From Candidatus Gastranaerophilales bacterium (GTDB lineage: Bacteria; Cyanobacteriota; Vampirovibrionia; Gastranaerophilales; Gastranaerophilaceae): a stretch of 38,680 nucleotides of DNA. The notes under the pieces were generated by a model, which saw only the letters and a program-made list of their open reading frames with translations, did no database searches and was not told where the DNA came from. This document shows, piece by piece, positions 35,199 to 38,680 of this stretch. The stretch lies in the NCBI GenBank assembly GCA_944326645.1, contig CALVEW010000001.1, positions 1 through 38,680 of the forward strand, given 5' to 3'. Within the stretch, counting starts at the first letter, position 1; each line of letters starts with the position of its first letter. Position numbers and translations under genes: made by a program.

Positions 35199-37048
35199 TG
35201 TTTAACCTTTTCTATATAAATTTCTTCTATATTGTACAATACCCCTGAAAGTGTTGAAGGATATGTATTTTTAAATTTACGTCTTATTGCAACAACTCGA
35301 GTTGGAGAATACAAATAAATTATTGGTCTTTCATCATAAATTATTTGTTGATATTTATCATAATATTTTTTTCTTTCTTCAAAACTCAACTTTAATGCTG
35401 CTTGTTCAAATATATTATCTAATTCTTTTTCCCAACTTAACCTATCATCAACGGAATATCCTACAGGACGTTGATTGAATAAATGTAGAGGGCCATTTGA
35501 TGCCCATACATTTTTTCCATTGTGTGGTTCTAATGGAGAGCCTGTAAGACCCATTATAGACATATCCCAATCATAAGTATTGGTTAATTTATTAACTAAA
35601 GTATTGAATTCAACAGGCTTAAAGTTAACACTTATACCTAAATCAGCCAAATCCTGTTTTATCATAACACCGATTGATTCACGTTCTGTGTTTCCTGCAT
35701 TTGTATATAAATCAAACTCAACTTTGTTTCCGTTTTTATCATACAAAAGCCCATTTTTCCCATAATAAAAACCACTTTGTTTTAATAGTTTTTTTGCGTA
35801 TGATAAATCTCTATTGTGACCTTTTATAGATTTATTTAAATAAATTCCGTTTAAACTTTCAGAAGTGAACAATGGCTCTGCTAAACCATAAGCAATGTTT
35901 GTTACTAAACTTTTTCTATCAATTGCATAATCTATTGCTTCTCTAAAATTTTTATCAGCAAACCATTTTTGCTTAATTGGATTTACATAATATTTGCCCT
36001 TATCATCTTTTCTGTTATTTAAATTAATCGCAAGAAACATTGTCCCTGTATCAGCACCTAAATTATAAATATAATAATCAGAATTTGCCTCTTTTGCTTT
36101 ATATCTTGCAACTGTTGCTCCTCTAAGGGTTATGGTATCTATTTCTTTGCCTTCAAATTTCAAGATTTCATTGTTTAAATCTCCAACAATTAAATAGACA
36201 ATTTGGTTTAAATAAGGCAATTTTTTATTATCTAAATTTATTTCATAATAATTTGGGTTTCTATCAAATACTACACGCTGTGCAGGAACATATTTTTTTA
36301 AATGAAATGCTCCTGAATAAACAATATCTTTAGGGTTAATTGTCGTTGCTAAAATTCTATCAAATGATTTTTCCCAATTAGGAATAGATGTAAAATAATG
36401 CTTTGGAGCAATTGGATTTGACAATATTCTTAAAAACGGTGCAAAAGGTTTTGGAACAGTAAATACAACAGTATAATTATCTATTTTTTCTATTGTTGGT
36501 AATTGCCCATCAATAATTATACTATCTCTTACAGATGTATTACCTAACCCTGCAAAGACAATATCTTTCCAAGTGAATATTACATCATCTGCTGTTATTG
36601 GTTTCCCATCAGACCATTTTATACCATGTCTTAAAGATATAATATATTTATTTCCCTTAACCTCGATAGATTTAGCTAGTTTAGGTGTAACTTCACCAGT
36701 TACAGGGTTCATACTAACTAACCCGTCATACATCATATTCGCCATTTGTGATGATGTAGCATCTTTTGCAGTAAAAGGATTGAATGTCTTTGGACCTTCA
36801 CCAATAGTTGAAGTAATTAATCTTCCACCATAATCACCTACAGGTAATTGTGATTGTAAATAATCTATTCCATTTATTGTAACTGTTTTAGGATTTGGGA
36901 ATATTTTATTGAGAGGATATTTATCTAATTGAACTTCTTTTACTACAGGAATTTCTGATTGAGAAAAATTTGTATCTCTCTTCAAACATGCCGGCATGCA
37001 AGCTGTTAAAATCCCTATTAAAATAATTAAATAAATCACTCTCTTCAT
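35195..37048 (-). CDS. ABC transporter substrate-binding lipoprotein (family 5, OppA/DppA-like)
   Basis: SBP_bac_5-like sequence. Start placed at the Met giving MKRVIYLIILIGILTAC (lipobox LTAC). The track ORF begins 12 codons earlier at 37084, and neither start has a clear SD. Confidence 0.85.
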   Translation of the reverse strand: MKRVIYLIILIGILTACMPACLKRDTNFSQSEIPVVKEVQLDKYPLNKIFPNPKTVTINGIDYLQSQLPVGDYGGRLITSTIGEGPKTFNPFTAKDATSSQMANMMYDGLVSMNPVTGEVTPKLAKSIEVKGNKYIISLRHGIKWSDGKPITADDVIFTWKDIVFAGLGNTSVRDSIIIDGQLPTIEKIDNYTVVFTVPKPFAPFLRILSNPIAPKHYFTSIPNWEKSFDRILATTINPKDIVYSGAFHLKKYVPAQRVVFDRNPNYYEINLDNKKLPYLNQIVYLIVGDLNNEILKFEGKEIDTITLRGATVARYKAKEANSDYYIYNLGADTGTMFLAINLNNRKDDKGKYYVNPIKQKWFADKNFREAIDYAIDRKSLVTNIAYGLAEPLFTSESLNGIYLNKSIKGHNRDLSYAKKLLKQSGFYYGKNGLLYDKNGNKVEFDLYTNAGNTERESIGVMIKQDLADLGISVNFKPVEFNTLVNKLTNTYDWDMSIMGLTGSPLEPHNGKNVWASNGPLHLFNQRPVGYSVDDRLSWEKELDNIFEQAALKLSFEERKKYYDKYQQIIYDERPIIYLYSPTRVVAIRRKFKNTYPSTLSGVLYNIEEIYIEKVKQ

Positions 37049-37145
37049 AATAAATAGGATATCATATTTTAAAGTATTTGGCATAATACAACTAAACTAG
37101 TGAAAAGTATTAACTAGATTATAATAAATATTATTATTTACACCG

Positions 37146-37174
37146 TTGCAGAATATTTTTTAAAGTTGTATAAT
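37146..37174 (+). promoter_or_regulatory. Predicted promoter giving a leader of about 250 nt for the 140-aa gene
   Basis: TTGCAG, a 17-nt spacer, then a perfect TATAAT. Confidence 0.4.
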
Positions 37175-37431
37175 ATGTAGGTGGTAAAGATATATTACTC
37201 TTGTCCGTTTAATAATATTTTTATCATTAATCGAACTTTATTAAGAAATGTAAAATGAAGTTTTTTCCGTCAAAAACCCAACAAATAAAGGGTTTACAAA
37301 AATAAGTGTAAAATACACAATAAGAACTAGCAAAAAATTTTTTTTACATGGTTTTAAACTAATTGCGGAAGGATATGCTTATATAAACAGGGACACATCA
37401 CTGGGCAATAACGCAATGAGAGGTAACTCAA

Positions 37432-37854
37432 ATGGTAGACAATAGAGCCGCTGGCTTCTACGGTATATCAGGCGCTTTAAATTTTAAAAGTGGTGATATC
37501 TCAGGAACAGCAGCAAAGACAAATGAAGAAAAAGCAGGGTCAGACGCTGAATATATGCGACAAGAAAAGCAAAATGGCGAATCAAAAGATTCTGCAAAAT
37601 ATAGCGATAAAAGCGCTCAGTTAAATGCTGCTTTAAGTTCTCTTGCTATGCTTAATGTATCTTCTATTATTAGCTCTAAACTTCCTAAACTTAAACAATC
37701 GACTCAAAGATTTAAAGAATTAATCGATGAAACTGAAGAACTTCTTGTCACTTTAAATGAAGAACACGAAAAAAATAAAAAGAATCCTTTTAAACAAGAA
37801 AATCCGTTCTCAAAACAAGAAGAAGATGATGAAGAAGATGATGAATATTACTAA
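37432..37854 (+). CDS. Hypothetical 140-aa protein with an acidic C-terminal tail
   Basis: SD GAGAGGT. Gly/Ser-rich N-terminus and a terminal EEDDEEDDEYY. No recognised family. Confidence 0.65.
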   Translation: MVDNRAAGFYGISGALNFKSGDISGTAAKTNEEKAGSDAEYMRQEKQNGESKDSAKYSDKSAQLNAALSSLAMLNVSSIISSKLPKLKQSTQRFKELIDETEELLVTLNEEHEKNKKNPFKQENPFSKQEEDDEEDDEYY

Positions 37855-37856
37855 AA

Positions 37857-37885
37857 AGAACTTGAAATTTTCAAGTTCTTTTTTA
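37857..37885 (+). terminator. Rho-independent terminator
   Basis: Stem AGAACTTGAA/TTCAAGTTCT with a 3-nt loop, followed by T6. Confidence 0.85.
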
Positions 37886-37953
37886 TAAAACAATAACTGT
37901 TATTACCTATTTTTGTTTTATGTATAATAATTTATACAAAGTGAGGTTAAAAT

Positions 37954-38680
37954 ATGAAACAAAAAATTGTGTCAGGAATGCGTCCTACAGGGAAACTACA
38001 TTTAGGTCATTACTTAGGTGTAATTGATAATTGGGTTAAGTTACAAAACGACTATGATTGTTATTTCTTCATCGCTGACTGGCATGCTCTCACTACTAAA
38101 TACGACAAAACAGAGAACATGATTGAAGATGTTAGAAATGTTGCTATGGATTGGCTTGCATCTGGTATAGATCCTGAAAAATCAACAATCTATGTTCAAT
38201 CTCTTGTTCCTGAAACAGCAGAATTACATATATATTTAAGTATGATTACACCTCAAAATTGGGTTGAACGTGATCCGACATTAAAAGATATGGCTAAAAT
38301 TCTTAAATCTAAAGAAGGAATCGGAACTCAAGTTAATTATGGATTAATGGGATATCCTGTTCTTATGACTGCTGATATTCTTACATTTAATGCAGAATTT
38401 GTTCCTGTTGGAATTGACCAGGTTGCACACGTTGAATTAACTCGTGATATAGCTAGAAGGTTCAATCATATTTATCAAACAGAATTCTTTAACGAGCCAC
38501 AACCTAAACTTAATAATTGCTCATTAATTTGTGGTCTTGACGGTAACAAAATGGGTAAATCATTTAATAATGATATAAAAATATCTGATACAGAAGAAGT
38601 TACCGCTAAAAAGGTTATGACTGCAATTACCGATAGAAGCAGATTAAGAAAAGATGACTTAGGACATCCTGATGAATGCG
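37954..38680 (+). CDS. trpS: Tryptophan--tRNA ligase (5' partial, runs off the window)
   Basis: Hand translation gives MKQKIVSGMRPTGKLHLGHYLGVIDNW... with the HIGH motif (HLGH) and a KMSKS-type KMGKS. SD GTGAGG 7 nt upstream. Absent from the track because no stop lies in the window. Confidence 0.93.
   Translation, partial: MKQKIVSGMRPTGKLHLGHYLGVIDNWVKLQNDYDCYFFIADWHALTTKYDKTENMIEDVRNVAMDWLASGIDPEKSTIYVQSLVPETAELHIYLSMITPQNWVERDPTLKDMAKILKSKEGIGTQVNYGLMGYPVLMTADILTFNAEFVPVGIDQVAHVELTRDIARRFNHIYQTEFFNEPQPKLNNCSLICGLDGNKMGKSFNNDIKISDTEEVTAKKVMTAITDRSRLRKDDLGHPDEC

Noticed and set aside
225-36833. Many 60-120-aa track ORFs lying antisense to or out of frame within long conserved genes (for example 225-455, 2382-2606, 3273-3473, 4207-4419, 5639-5863, 6103-6396, 6804-7049, 7286-7510, 10813-10995, 11504-11731, 17633-17863, 21093-21287, 21885-22100, 22165-22377, 22823-23011, 24883-25077, 28124-28348, 29458-29775, 31672-31908, 32303-32497, 32684-32899, 32948-33307, 33333-33521, 34606-34815, 35287-35478, 35580-35765, 36573-36833).
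   Set aside because: They are shadow ORFs, which are expected in AT-rich DNA. Their composition is low-complexity (Leu/Ile/Phe/Lys-rich), they lack an SD, and each is fully embedded in a gene with clear family motifs.
37253-37303. 16-codon ORF (MKFFPSKTQQIKGLQK) in the long leader of the 140-aa gene, considered as a possible third toxin-like peptide.
   Set aside because: It has no SD, is not hydrophobic, and has no convergent promoter and terminator arrangement.
1-38680. Search for CRISPR arrays, tRNA/rRNA/tmRNA/RNase P/SRP RNA genes, transposases, integrases, and known riboswitches (T-box before trpS, purine/ZTP before the purD-like gene, Mg sensor before mgtC, NAD+ before nadB).
   Set aside because: No regularly spaced repeats and no conserved core sequences of these RNAs were recognisable by eye. 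The trpS and purD-like upstream regions are too short (about 70-95 nt) and lack the motifs. A covariance-model scan would be needed to be definitive.

Overview
AT-rich (about 30% G+C by eye) bacterial chromosomal segment that is mostly housekeeping. Forward block: secA, ugd, then a partial dcw cluster (murF-mraY-murD-ftsW-murG), followed by rsgA, a polyprenyl synthase and a DUF212/divergent-PAP2 protein. Reverse-strand genes: a short-type alpha-glucan phosphorylase, a GT9 heptosyltransferase (implying an LPS-type envelope), a tightly coupled array nanE / 61-aa ORF / ROK kinase / 71-aa ORF / UbiA prenyltransferase / 55-aa ORF / nadB / nadC, then rfbA, a PurD-like ATP-grasp protein, and oppA-oppB-oppC-mgtC plus a TPR membrane protein. 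Also present: a GtrA-like protein, an orphan histidine kinase, an Fe-ADH and the 5' part of trpS. The gene content and composition would fit a low-GC diderm such as gut Melainabacteria/Gastranaerophilales, but that is only an inference. The unusual part is a 2.4-kb coding-poor islet (23245-25641) between nanE and rfbA. By hand I find two similarly built modules there. Each has a strongly SD-led 24- or 29-codon hydrophobic ORF on the + strand. Each also has a convergent antisense RNA of about 80-100 nt on the - strand, with a near-consensus promoter and a terminator that lies inside the small ORF. This is the architecture of type I toxin-antitoxin loci. The two modules flank an orphan 189-aa single-pass membrane protein. 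The islet also holds a 44+22-bp direct repeat with a GC-rich hairpin, a G-quadruplex/GGA-rich segment with an orphan perfect SD, and a stand-alone 51-aa ORF. No CRISPR array, tRNA/rRNA gene, transposase or integrase was recognised. All promoter, terminator and RNA calls are hand predictions from sequence only.
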